Below, one piece after another: positions 28,401 through 36,933 of a DNA stretch of 56,420 nucleotides. Source of the DNA: a virus. Taxonomy: Duplodnaviria > Caudoviricetes. Within the stretch, counting starts at the first letter, position 1. Each line of letters begins with the position of its first letter. A model generated the notes under the pieces. It was not told where the DNA came from, did no database searches, and saw only the letters and a program-made list of their open reading frames with translations. Location of the stretch: positions 1-56,420 of IMG/VR virus record IMGVR_UViG_3300032218_003378. One strand, 5' to 3'. A program made the translations under genes and the position numbers.

Positions 28401-31400
28401 ACTGGATCAGATACAGTATATAGAAAATATCAACTATCTATTTACTCGGTAGACGCAGCTGGAATTAAAACACCACTTACAAAAAGTATAGATATTAGCA
28501 ATTATTTGCATGCAGATTTTAATAATGAACCAGAAGATGCATTATATAATGATGAACTTGGATATTACATTAATCTAAAATTTGTAAATGTTCCAGGCAA
28601 AAGAGTAATTTATGTTAACAAAAATAGATTTAATCTTGAGAGATTATCCAATAAATTAAACACATCTGGCCAATATGTATATAGTCATCAATGGATAAGC
28701 GATACAGCATCTTCATCTTTACCTTCAAATTTTGGCGGTACAAATTTTGGTTTCTTTACAGGATCTACTACAAATACTTCATTAACAACCAATCTGTTAG
28801 AAGTATATGCAACAGAAACACCAGTATTTGAAAATGTTGAATATTATTTCCAAACAAGAGAATTTCTTAATTCATTAATACAAAATCAAAATGTTTGTGA
28901 AAAATCATTTTTTGTACAATCAAGACCATCAGTTATTGGTTTAAATGTCTATGATGTTCAATTAACTCCTACACCTTCACTGGGTGCTGAGATGTTTAAA
29001 ACTTCTTATAGTTATTATTATTATCCAAATAAAAATATAAAAACAGAACCTAAATTGGTGCGTGTTAAAGAAGATGCACTATCATATTCAAATGTAACTT
29101 CAACTGGTTACAGATCAAAGTTTGCAATAGTTAATAACTCTAGGTATGCTGTCTATACTCAAACAGGTGCAACATATAGCCAAATGGCACATGCTCAATT
29201 ATTAATGGCTACAAGAGGAATGATTACCCTAACTCCACAATTGACTATAGAAAAAGTTTTAAACGCAGAAAATATTAATGAAGTTATAGAATTGCAATCA
29301 GATTGGATTCAATCTAAAAAATCTGCAGAAACAATATTAAAAAATATAGGATACGCAACAGAAGCCTTCAGTACTGATATTACAATTGACATATTTGGAA
29401 ATCCTTTGATTCAAGTTGGAGATGTAGTAACTGTAACTTATGGATTAAAAAATATTCAAAATATTGCATTTTTTGTTAAATCAGTAACTCAAAATTTTAG
29501 CAATGGACTATCAACATCGCTTGTATTAAATCAAATTACTTACAATGGCGTAACAAGAAATAATCTAGGAATTGTTTTTCCTTATGCAACAAACACTGGA
29601 AATGGTCCAAAAATTACTAGTCTTTCTTCTAAAAGCGGTAAGCAGGGAGACGTAATTACAATTACTGGAACTGGTTTTGGAAATACAATAACGCCGTCAG
29701 TTCTTTTTGGAAAAACTGCAGGGGTAGGTGTTACACTAGTTTCAAATACTTCAATAACAGTTACAGTTCCATATTCTGCTTCAGGTGGACCAGTGGATTT
29801 ATCAGTAGTTTTAAGTGGATTGTCAGACACACTCTTTGGAGGATTTTCTTATGTATCAACAACTACAAATGTTCAAGATTTAACAGCATTATCCGCATCT
29901 ATTACGGGAACAGACGCATATAATAATAATACTGCAAATGTAACTTGGGGAATTACTACCACTATAGGTAAAAGTTATAATGCATTTAGTTGGAATGTTG
30001 TAAGTTCTGGGGTGAAATTAAATTCACAATCAGGCTTGCACATATTAGACGGTGGATCTCACGGAATATCGTTAGATAGTTTAGTTCCAGGAGATACTTA
30101 TATAATAACCATTACTCCAGAATATATAGATGCTTTAGGTAATATAAATACTGGAAATGCAAAAAGTGTAACTTTAACCGCAACAGGAGGAAGCGGATCC
30201 TCATCTGGTCCAGGATACCCAAGCACACAATTGCAAACACCAGTTATAAGTAATGGTAGATTTGTAACGGTGGGAGTAAGTGTAGCTTTGCTTGTTGATG
30301 TAGCATTAGATCTTATAGATAGCCCACCTCCATCATCATATACTATGGTTATATCAGATGGAACTGATGAAGCATATCATGTTTTTAATACAATTAATTT
30401 AACAAATTCAGGATTTTATATTTTGGCTACCTCTACAAAAGGTGTTGTAGGTTTATATTCACCCGATAAAACGTATTATGTTTCTGTTATTTCTTCTGAT
30501 GATAAAGAAGTATATTCTGATAGTGAGCCAAGCAATATACTTTCAATAGTGACGCCAGGGGCAGATGTTATTGATATTAGTATTTCTGGAAATGCTGTGA
30601 TATCTTGGACTGCACCATCTGCTACAACTTATTCTGGGTATGATGTTGAGTATGTTGATTCAGCAGGATTTAGTCAAATAGATAATATAATAACATGCTG
30701 TTCTTCAAGTTCTACTATGTATTATGGTGTAAATAGGTCTGTGGCAATATCAACAAATGGTATTAATTTTTCAGATTCCCGTTTTACTTTTGCACCAGGA
30801 TCTACCTTAACTGTAAAAATAACTGGAAGAATATCTTCAACTGGTACTTATGGAACTACATACACAAAAACATATACAGTTCCAGCAGCAGCAGCAATTG
30901 CAGGTGGACCAGCTGTTTATAAAACAGCAATTGTATCAGGAGGTTTTACATGGTCTTGGTATAACATTAAATTATCAAATGGAACAGACCCTTATAGTTA
31001 TGAATACCAAATATATAATAATTCAAATCCATCAGCACCATCTTTAATAGATAGTGGAATAAAAGGTTTTGTTTCTTCAACAAACCCATACAGCATATCA
31101 TCAAAAGATACTACTTCATCTGCAAGAGTTAGAGCTGTTCAAGGAGCAATAGTTAGTCCTTGGGCTGGAGATTATGTACCTGGAAGCGGAACGCCTGGGT
31201 CATCAACTGGAAATGGCGGTAATCAAAACAACGGCGGAGCTGTTACAACATATTATTATGCATCATCATCATGTGATTCTGGATTTGGTAATTATGATAC
31301 ATGTCCAGCAAATGGATCTTCTGTAACAACACTACCATCTGGATATACTGCAAATACCTTAAAAAGTGTAAGGCTGGGTGGCGCAACATATAAACGTGAA

Positions 31401-31709
31401 TATTATAGTACTATTAGTGATGCTGATGCTTTATCTAAAGTTTCTAATACAGTATGTGCACCTTGTGTAGGTGGTGCTCCTACTCCAACGCCTACTCCAA
31501 CGCCTACTCCAACGCCTACTCCAACGCCTACTCCAACCCTAGCTAGCCCTACACTTTCTATGGTTTACGGAACAACAACTCCTAAATGCACAATAGGATC
31601 AATAACATCATCGGGAAGCGGAACAGGTTCTGGTTCAACTATAAGTACAACATGTGGAACATTCTATGGAATTCCAGGTGTACCTTATGTTTGGATATGT
31701 TGTCAATAA
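25482..31709 (+). CDS. Large tail tip/hub protein with IPT/TIG and FN3-like domains, (PT)10 linker and Cys-rich C-terminus
   Basis: G.FY.D.W, W.DEYG..RF and FGNPLIQ.GD.V.V hub motifs; PKITSLS..SG..GD.ITITGTGF IPT-like motif; ISWTAP..Y.VEY FN3-like segments. Confidence 0.75.
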   Translation: MLFSTDTTTKNYFEGGTANVLPFISGEWNYNLVLAPYVTFAGSGNTINTAEMLNAGDWTKSSSSVSVIYSSSLGKKTSVFTTGHALQFSITPTTVNGKVDLAKYNNFNGSASYKIKFGQNTNKCFKVIFYAKSLNNNIINLVTQATSQDSILNGSSSDVLDNIDWQKVEMVVGQRSTDAPYADMDITLDFTNNTLNSEETWGILVSQIQIYEITQFDYEHGKLYPTLNAFTYFRPGESYVNSGNSAIPAPNESGGITRTIDLTSVKSGNWNNVMPVSPVVYAPRTLFMPSKCNPIFKNGVLTSFSQYKYFVSEKTSGNTSIGAFYPELLSANKIVLKFNLSQSKPDNLILKLYNTANNLITPVTTLNIPGSWISDAGVCILYWNGSTWTNSKWSWTPTGNSNMPTIDDSGNISMYVSGNKVNGYQSINKIVVTQVSSTPVSNYNLSSGQDSYDELRRFQVIEVSPRLELDMSSFVIDYDIKKEIDNNNTPLPISAMSANSATITFSNIPLTGAGNAPLSVFSTNANTLAYITPLAGMLVKNVKFYINHYVPGLSNKIIPAGVFYVDAWDNQDIKSTKVNCFDIMKFLQSLPVSDYVSQNQSLINVFSNILDFTGFTDYDYDQLKELFTSNNQLISTSFFFADSASKTLYKILQEAFMSYQVGAWIDEYGVMRFKSLQNILTNYTSSYDINDANIIENGYNETIKTKIGKILMRYRAPQIKRSIAINDPNKSQSILKVAPDIIWQQDSEDLVPFNLLKTSINSLSQNYYETDQGGLQSMFFTNTINHNGYCIIEGEIMSSGNFEFSLIGQDKDPLNPNGVIIKGQETIYPTNETELSSMVGSFSNRVGSQNVIQTPTGRYVNVQRGLFGTEAKAHLVMNSSSDYRLKFNTLQMSSSGIIGKPLQELNVYKNVIQVTSASPGNKTMVTANEQDTGFSTYSVKFKFPTSVTDVSSGIFLGKPSSGSGVTYFVELLSTGSDTVYRKYQLSIYSVDAAGIKTPLTKSIDISNYLHADFNNEPEDALYNDELGYYINLKFVNVPGKRVIYVNKNRFNLERLSNKLNTSGQYVYSHQWISDTASSSLPSNFGGTNFGFFTGSTTNTSLTTNLLEVYATETPVFENVEYYFQTREFLNSLIQNQNVCEKSFFVQSRPSVIGLNVYDVQLTPTPSLGAEMFKTSYSYYYYPNKNIKTEPKLVRVKEDALSYSNVTSTGYRSKFAIVNNSRYAVYTQTGATYSQMAHAQLLMATRGMITLTPQLTIEKVLNAENINEVIELQSDWIQSKKSAETILKNIGYATEAFSTDITIDIFGNPLIQVGDVVTVTYGLKNIQNIAFFVKSVTQNFSNGLSTSLVLNQITYNGVTRNNLGIVFPYATNTGNGPKITSLSSKSGKQGDVITITGTGFGNTITPSVLFGKTAGVGVTLVSNTSITVTVPYSASGGPVDLSVVLSGLSDTLFGGFSYVSTTTNVQDLTALSASITGTDAYNNNTANVTWGITTTIGKSYNAFSWNVVSSGVKLNSQSGLHILDGGSHGISLDSLVPGDTYIITITPEYIDALGNINTGNAKSVTLTATGGSGSSSGPGYPSTQLQTPVISNGRFVTVGVSVALLVDVALDLIDSPPPSSYTMVISDGTDEAYHVFNTINLTNSGFYILATSTKGVVGLYSPDKTYYVSVISSDDKEVYSDSEPSNILSIVTPGADVIDISISGNAVISWTAPSATTYSGYDVEYVDSAGFSQIDNIITCCSSSSTMYYGVNRSVAISTNGINFSDSRFTFAPGSTLTVKITGRISSTGTYGTTYTKTYTVPAAAAIAGGPAVYKTAIVSGGFTWSWYNIKLSNGTDPYSYEYQIYNNSNPSAPSLIDSGIKGFVSSTNPYSISSKDTTSSARVRAVQGAIVSPWAGDYVPGSGTPGSSTGNGGNQNNGGAVTTYYYASSSCDSGFGNYDTCPANGSSVTTLPSGYTANTLKSVRLGGATYKREYYSTISDADALSKVSNTVCAPCVGGAPTPTPTPTPTPTPTPTPTPTLASPTLSMVYGTTTPKCTIGSITSSGSGTGSGSTISTTCGTFYGIPGVPYVWICCQ
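31479..31538 (+). repeat. 12-bp tandem repeat CCTACTCCAACG x5 encoding (PT)10
   Basis: Four perfect units plus one differing at the last base. Confidence 0.95.
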
Positions 31710-31736
31710 TAAAACTTATGATAAAACATGTCAAAA

Positions 31737-31745
31737 TGATATAAT
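31737..31745 (+). promoter_or_regulatory. Extended -10 promoter TGATATAAT
   Basis: Intergenic, upstream of AGGAG RBS and ATG 31766. Confidence 0.7.
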
Positions 31746-31765
31746 TAACATATTCTAGGAGCAAA

Positions 31766-32488
31766 ATGACAAATATATATACAGGTAATGCAGATATTGT
31801 ATATCCACTTACAGTTCAAGAACGTGGAAAAATATACATTACTAAAGACGACCCTAGAAATACACTTATAGGCCTAGCACAACTTTATGCCAAATATGGG
31901 CAAGGAAATGTAATAGTTGTAGATCAATTTAATATGTCTCAACCTATAGATACCATATCTATGGCTAATTATTCATCTGAAAGATTTACCCCTGTATATA
32001 CCATAAATACAAATCCAAGTCCAACAATGACTATACAAAATGATATTGTTTCTTTAAATCCCCCAACCAATTTAGCTATTACAAATACATCAGCAGTAGT
32101 AGGAAATGATGGAACTTTATCTTATACAATAAGTCTTAATTTTGATGATGTTGTTGGTGCTATATCATATGAAGGAGTTTTTATACCACAAGCAATTGGA
32201 TATTCAACTCAAGCAGTTACTGGATTATCAGCAACTGGAGGAACGGGAACAATTTCTATTACATGGATACCAATATCAAATGCAAGTAATTATGTTTTAT
32301 ATGCTACAAAATCTGCTAAAAATTATTATGCAACTGCACCAATTGTAGTTACAGCAAATGCTACAACAGCATCGGGAAGTATATCTGGTCTTACAGCAGG
32401 TGCATATACAGTAACAGTTGTTCCATACAATGCAAATGGAATTGCGGGACAATCAGCAATAACTCCTTCTACGGTTACGGTGGTATAA
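31766..32488 (+). CDS. Minor tail protein with FN3-like domains
   Basis: PPTNL and VTGLSATGGTG.I.ITW...NA..Y.LY...GLTAG.Y.V.V.PYN..G FN3 pattern. Confidence 0.7.
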   Translation: MTNIYTGNADIVYPLTVQERGKIYITKDDPRNTLIGLAQLYAKYGQGNVIVVDQFNMSQPIDTISMANYSSERFTPVYTINTNPSPTMTIQNDIVSLNPPTNLAITNTSAVVGNDGTLSYTISLNFDDVVGAISYEGVFIPQAIGYSTQAVTGLSATGGTGTISITWIPISNASNYVLYATKSAKNYYATAPIVVTANATTASGSISGLTAGAYTVTVVPYNANGIAGQSAITPSTVTVV

Positions 32489-32489
32489 T
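32481..32489 (+). promoter_or_regulatory. Extended -10 promoter TGGTATAAT overlapping upstream stop codon; probable leaderless start
   Basis: 5 and 8 nt before tandem ATGs at 32495 and 32498; no SD. Confidence 0.6.
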
Positions 32490-32494
32490 TAGAT

Positions 32495-33406
32495 ATGATG
32501 CTAAAGGGTACATACGTATTTAAACAAAATGGCACAGAAATTGGCCGATCAAATAACATTATTACTGATAATGGTAAGATGGCTATTTTAAAATATTTAA
32601 CTAATTCAGTATCAGAATGGGCATCAAGTTTAGCTGTAGGAGCAATTCCAACAACCGCTACAGCATCAGATAGAACATTATATTATGAAGTTGCAAGAAG
32701 TGCTGTAACCATGAAATCTTATAAAACTGGTTCTCCAAATCTAATTATAGTTAAAGGTACATTAGATGCCTCAGTTACAGCAAACATTTTTGAAGTAGGA
32801 TTATACCCATACACAACAACTCAAATTTTTGGCACAAGAGATCAAATGATTTTAACAGATTTTTCATATTACTATGATTGGATAAAAACCGCAGGATCGG
32901 GAACTGTAACAAATGTCCCATTTGTATCACAAGATCCATATTCTCCAAGAATTGGATTTAACTCTATAAAATTACCTGCAGCAACTACAATTAAAAATTC
33001 TAATATTTCTTTAAGTTTATCTTCTTATACATCAATGGATACCCTGGATATATTAGTAAATGTTCCAACATCTTCAACAGGCTCCAATACTCTTAATGTA
33101 GTTTTAACAGATGTTAATGGATCTACATCTACAGCTTCATATTCATATAATGCATCAACTACTTCGGGCTATCAAATACTTTCAACTAATTTTGCTTCAA
33201 ATATAAATACTCTTTCTACAATTCAATCTATTCAAATTCAATCTGTAGGAACTAATTCTGCAATAACATTAGATGCAATGAGAGTATCCGTAGCATTAGA
33301 AATTGGAGATAGCTCTTCACTTATAAGTAGATCTACTTTAACAACTCCAATAGCTAAAACTTACGGAACTCCTTTGGACATTGAATATTATTTGCAGTTA
33401 AGTTAG
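32495..33406 (+). CDS. Minor tail/baseplate protein (fibre attachment-like)
   Basis: N.IT..GK..IL.YL...AVG....T..D..L..E..R and EVGL motifs typical of fibre-anchoring proteins. Confidence 0.6.
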   Translation: MMLKGTYVFKQNGTEIGRSNNIITDNGKMAILKYLTNSVSEWASSLAVGAIPTTATASDRTLYYEVARSAVTMKSYKTGSPNLIIVKGTLDASVTANIFEVGLYPYTTTQIFGTRDQMILTDFSYYYDWIKTAGSGTVTNVPFVSQDPYSPRIGFNSIKLPAATTIKNSNISLSLSSYTSMDTLDILVNVPTSSTGSNTLNVVLTDVNGSTSTASYSYNASTTSGYQILSTNFASNINTLSTIQSIQIQSVGTNSAITLDAMRVSVALEIGDSSSLISRSTLTTPIAKTYGTPLDIEYYLQLS

Positions 33407-33414
33407 GAGTATAA

Positions 33415-36400
33415 ATGGCTCAAGTTATAATTCCTAATATTACACCAGGAACTAGCGGAATACTTCTTGTAAGAGCAGTAAAACAAGATGCCAATGGTAA
33501 TACATATTCTGATTACGCCTCTATACCATATACAGTTTCAGGAACAGCACCAAATGGTGGCAATACAAATACAACAAATTCAACAGTTGATATGAGATTA
33601 TCAAATGGATCTATTTATGCAGGTTCATTTGCGGGAAGCGTAGGAATTCTTGATCCATTATCTGGTTCAACAACTGGAAATGGTGTAGTAGTAAATCAGT
33701 ATGGAATTATTGGATATGCTACAGGTGGAGTAAAGAAATTCTATATAGATTCAAGAACTGGTAACGCATATTTCTCTGGAATAATTGAAGGATCAGATAT
33801 ATATGTTCCAACACAAGCTTCACCAACATTTTCTGTAATAGGTTCTACAGGTTCATTATCTGCAAAGCTTGGAGATATTGGCGGATGGACAATAAGTTCA
33901 ACAAGTATTTATAAAAATGGAATAGAATTAAATACTGCAGTAGGAACAGGACTATCTGCTATAACAGTAAATAGTTCAGGTAGTTCATATTATGTAGGTA
34001 TTACTCCTCCAACAGGACCCACCGCCAATACAGATACGGTGATTTGGGCGGGTGCACAAAATTATGCAAACAGATCTTTGGCAGCATTTAGAGTAACAGC
34101 AGAAGGAAAACTATATGCTACAGGTGCTGTAATTTCTGGAACAGTTACTGCAAATGCATTATCTATAGATTCAAATAATTATTGGGACTCTTCTGGATTA
34201 AAATTAGGAGATGGCACTGATGTATTACAATATGTTGCTTCCACTGGGATCTTATCTTTATCTGGAGATTTAATAGCAAATGGAACAATTACTGGAGGTA
34301 CCATACGAACAAGTGCTACTGCAAATACTGGCATTAAATTAAGTTCTTCAGGATTAATTGCTTATAATGGAACTACTGCAGTAACAACTATTTCAACTTC
34401 AGATGGCTCAATAACTTCTACAAATGGAACGTTTACTGGTGGTAAATTCCAAACAGCAACAGGTGTAGGAACGGGAACTCCCAATGCTATAGCAGGAGTA
34501 TTATTTGATTCAACAGGAATAAAGGGATATAGCGGAACTGGCACAACTCCAACATTTTCATTATCTACAGCTGGAGCTTTAACTTCATTATCTGGTTCTA
34601 TTGGAACTTGGGTAATAGGTGCAACAACATTAAAGTCAGCATCAAACAACATTACGCTAGATGCAACAGGCGAAAAGATTTATATAGGTACAGGAACATT
34701 TGGAAATACCAATACTGGATTTTATGTAGATGGAACAGGTCAATTTTCTCTTAAAGATCAGCTTACATTTGTACCATCAACAACTGTAGGCACATTTGGC
34801 CAATTAACAGTATCTGGAAAAATTAGAGGTGCAATAGAAAATGTAACTTTAATTCCTTCTAACAAATTGCAGGTAGCAATTTCTGGTGTAAATATAACTG
34901 GATCTACCGCAGCAACAATTACTACTGCAACTCATTCCTTTATAACTGGTGAATATGTAACTATTGAAGGACTTACAGGAAACGCAGCTGCAGCAAATGG
35001 TGCACGTCAAATTACTGTTGTTAATACTACAACATTTACAGTTGCAATAACTGGTGGCACTATATCTAATACAACAGGAATTACTGGTGCTACAGCAACA
35101 TTAAGAGAAATGACTTTGGGCTTACATCCAGCAGAAGGAACTGTAGGTCAATCGTACTACCACTCATCTGGAGAAGGCTTAAGATTAGATGCTTATAACT
35201 GGTGGTTTACAAATAATCAATTTAGAGTAGGAACAACATCTTCTTATTTGAAGTGGGACGGATCAGCGTTAGCAATTTCTGGCGGAACAAGTAAAACTAT
35301 TTCCCTTAATGTTGGAGCTACTGATGCTTCAAATATCATAGCAATTTCTTCTGGAACACCTACATATGCTAATTCTAATACGCCATTCTATGTAGATGGA
35401 ACGGGACAGTTCAGTTTAGCTAACAGATTGTATTACGATAATACAGCATTAACAATTACAAATAGTACAATTAAAACAGGTAGTACAGCTAATCCTATAT
35501 GGATTGATCCAAATTCAAGTGCAATATCATTTTATAAAGGAGCAGGAACAACATCTGTTGGACATATATTAGGATATACTTCTAACGGTACCGCCTCTGG
35601 AATAATAATGCATGCTGGATCTGATGCAGCTCCAGATGGATCTTTGTATCCAAATATATCATTTTTAAACTCAAATGCTTCAATTACTGGAGTTTATACA
35701 TTTAATAATAAAGTAACTTTTGTATCTCAGAATAATTTTACTGTAGCACAAAAAGTAACAATATCTGGAATTGTTCCTTCAAATTATAATACAATTGCAA
35801 CTGTATTAGGCGGTGATCCACATATAATCACTGCTGTTACTCCAAGTACACCAACTTCAGGATACGTAACATATACAACAAAAATTCCTCATACATATTC
35901 TGTAGGAGATTTAGTTACTATAATTGATATAGATGGAGGAACACCTACTGGTGGATATAGCGTTGATGATGCAACAATTACTGCAATATCAAGCACAACA
36001 TTTACTATACAGAATTCAACAACAGGTTCTGCAACTTTATATAGTAATAGTAAAGCTCAAAATATTCTTGTAAATAAAGCAACAATACAATCAGTTGCAC
36101 CAAGTACACCATCTTCTGGCTTTGTAACTTACACAACAACTTCTTCTCATGGCTTTGTCCCAGGCCAGCTAGTTACTGTACTTAATACTACTGGTGGAAC
36201 CCCTTCTGGTGGATATACTGTATATGAAATTTTAATTACTGCTGTAACAAATAATACTTTTACAATTTCAAATTCAACAACTGGTTCAGCTACAGTTATG
36301 GGCACAGCATTTGCTCCATATGAGCCAAATTCAAATACCTTTACTATATCTTCAACTCAAACAGGATCCTATGTATCAGGCGGAACGGCAAAACTTGTAC

Positions 36401-36933
36401 AAACAGAAATAGCATCAAGTTATTACAATTACATTATATTCCCAGATGAAAATAACATTAATATTAAAACACCATCATTAACTATAGAAGGATTGACTAA
36501 TATTAATGGATCTTTAATTGCTACCAGTATAAGAAAAGCTGGTGGAACTGCAAATCAATATTTAAAGGCTGATGGATCTGTTTCAGATTTTGATGATATC
36601 ATACCACTTGATGATTTACAAGATGATTTTGATGGAGTTCAAAATAGGTTTTTGCCACTATATCGTGGAGAAAAAGTATATATTGGAAATGCTTTTAGGC
36701 TTTTATTAACAATAAATGGTATAATTCAAAGAGTAGGTTATCCAGAATATGTTTGGGATTCCCCGTTCGGTTCGGATGGCTTTATGGTGGATGATGATGG
36801 ATATTTGGCTTTCTCGGAAGCTCCACCAGCTGGTTCAACATTTGACGCAAGAATTATGGCGGGACCTACAACAAATACATCGAATACAAAATACCCATTC
36901 AAAGCAATGGACATACTACTAGGAGCATATTAA
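33415..36933 (+). CDS. Long tail fibre/spike protein
   Basis: G/T/S-rich 1172 aa; G.IG.W.I, AFRVT.EGKL.A, two FYVDGTGQFSL repeats and several TT...H....G..V.I beta modules. Confidence 0.75.
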   Translation: MAQVIIPNITPGTSGILLVRAVKQDANGNTYSDYASIPYTVSGTAPNGGNTNTTNSTVDMRLSNGSIYAGSFAGSVGILDPLSGSTTGNGVVVNQYGIIGYATGGVKKFYIDSRTGNAYFSGIIEGSDIYVPTQASPTFSVIGSTGSLSAKLGDIGGWTISSTSIYKNGIELNTAVGTGLSAITVNSSGSSYYVGITPPTGPTANTDTVIWAGAQNYANRSLAAFRVTAEGKLYATGAVISGTVTANALSIDSNNYWDSSGLKLGDGTDVLQYVASTGILSLSGDLIANGTITGGTIRTSATANTGIKLSSSGLIAYNGTTAVTTISTSDGSITSTNGTFTGGKFQTATGVGTGTPNAIAGVLFDSTGIKGYSGTGTTPTFSLSTAGALTSLSGSIGTWVIGATTLKSASNNITLDATGEKIYIGTGTFGNTNTGFYVDGTGQFSLKDQLTFVPSTTVGTFGQLTVSGKIRGAIENVTLIPSNKLQVAISGVNITGSTAATITTATHSFITGEYVTIEGLTGNAAAANGARQITVVNTTTFTVAITGGTISNTTGITGATATLREMTLGLHPAEGTVGQSYYHSSGEGLRLDAYNWWFTNNQFRVGTTSSYLKWDGSALAISGGTSKTISLNVGATDASNIIAISSGTPTYANSNTPFYVDGTGQFSLANRLYYDNTALTITNSTIKTGSTANPIWIDPNSSAISFYKGAGTTSVGHILGYTSNGTASGIIMHAGSDAAPDGSLYPNISFLNSNASITGVYTFNNKVTFVSQNNFTVAQKVTISGIVPSNYNTIATVLGGDPHIITAVTPSTPTSGYVTYTTKIPHTYSVGDLVTIIDIDGGTPTGGYSVDDATITAISSTTFTIQNSTTGSATLYSNSKAQNILVNKATIQSVAPSTPSSGFVTYTTTSSHGFVPGQLVTVLNTTGGTPSGGYTVYEILITAVTNNTFTISNSTTGSATVMGTAFAPYEPNSNTFTISSTQTGSYVSGGTAKLVQTEIASSYYNYIIFPDENNINIKTPSLTIEGLTNINGSLIATSIRKAGGTANQYLKADGSVSDFDDIIPLDDLQDDFDGVQNRFLPLYRGEKVYIGNAFRLLLTINGIIQRVGYPEYVWDSPFGSDGFMVDDDGYLAFSEAPPAGSTFDARIMAGPTTNTSNTKYPFKAMDILLGAY

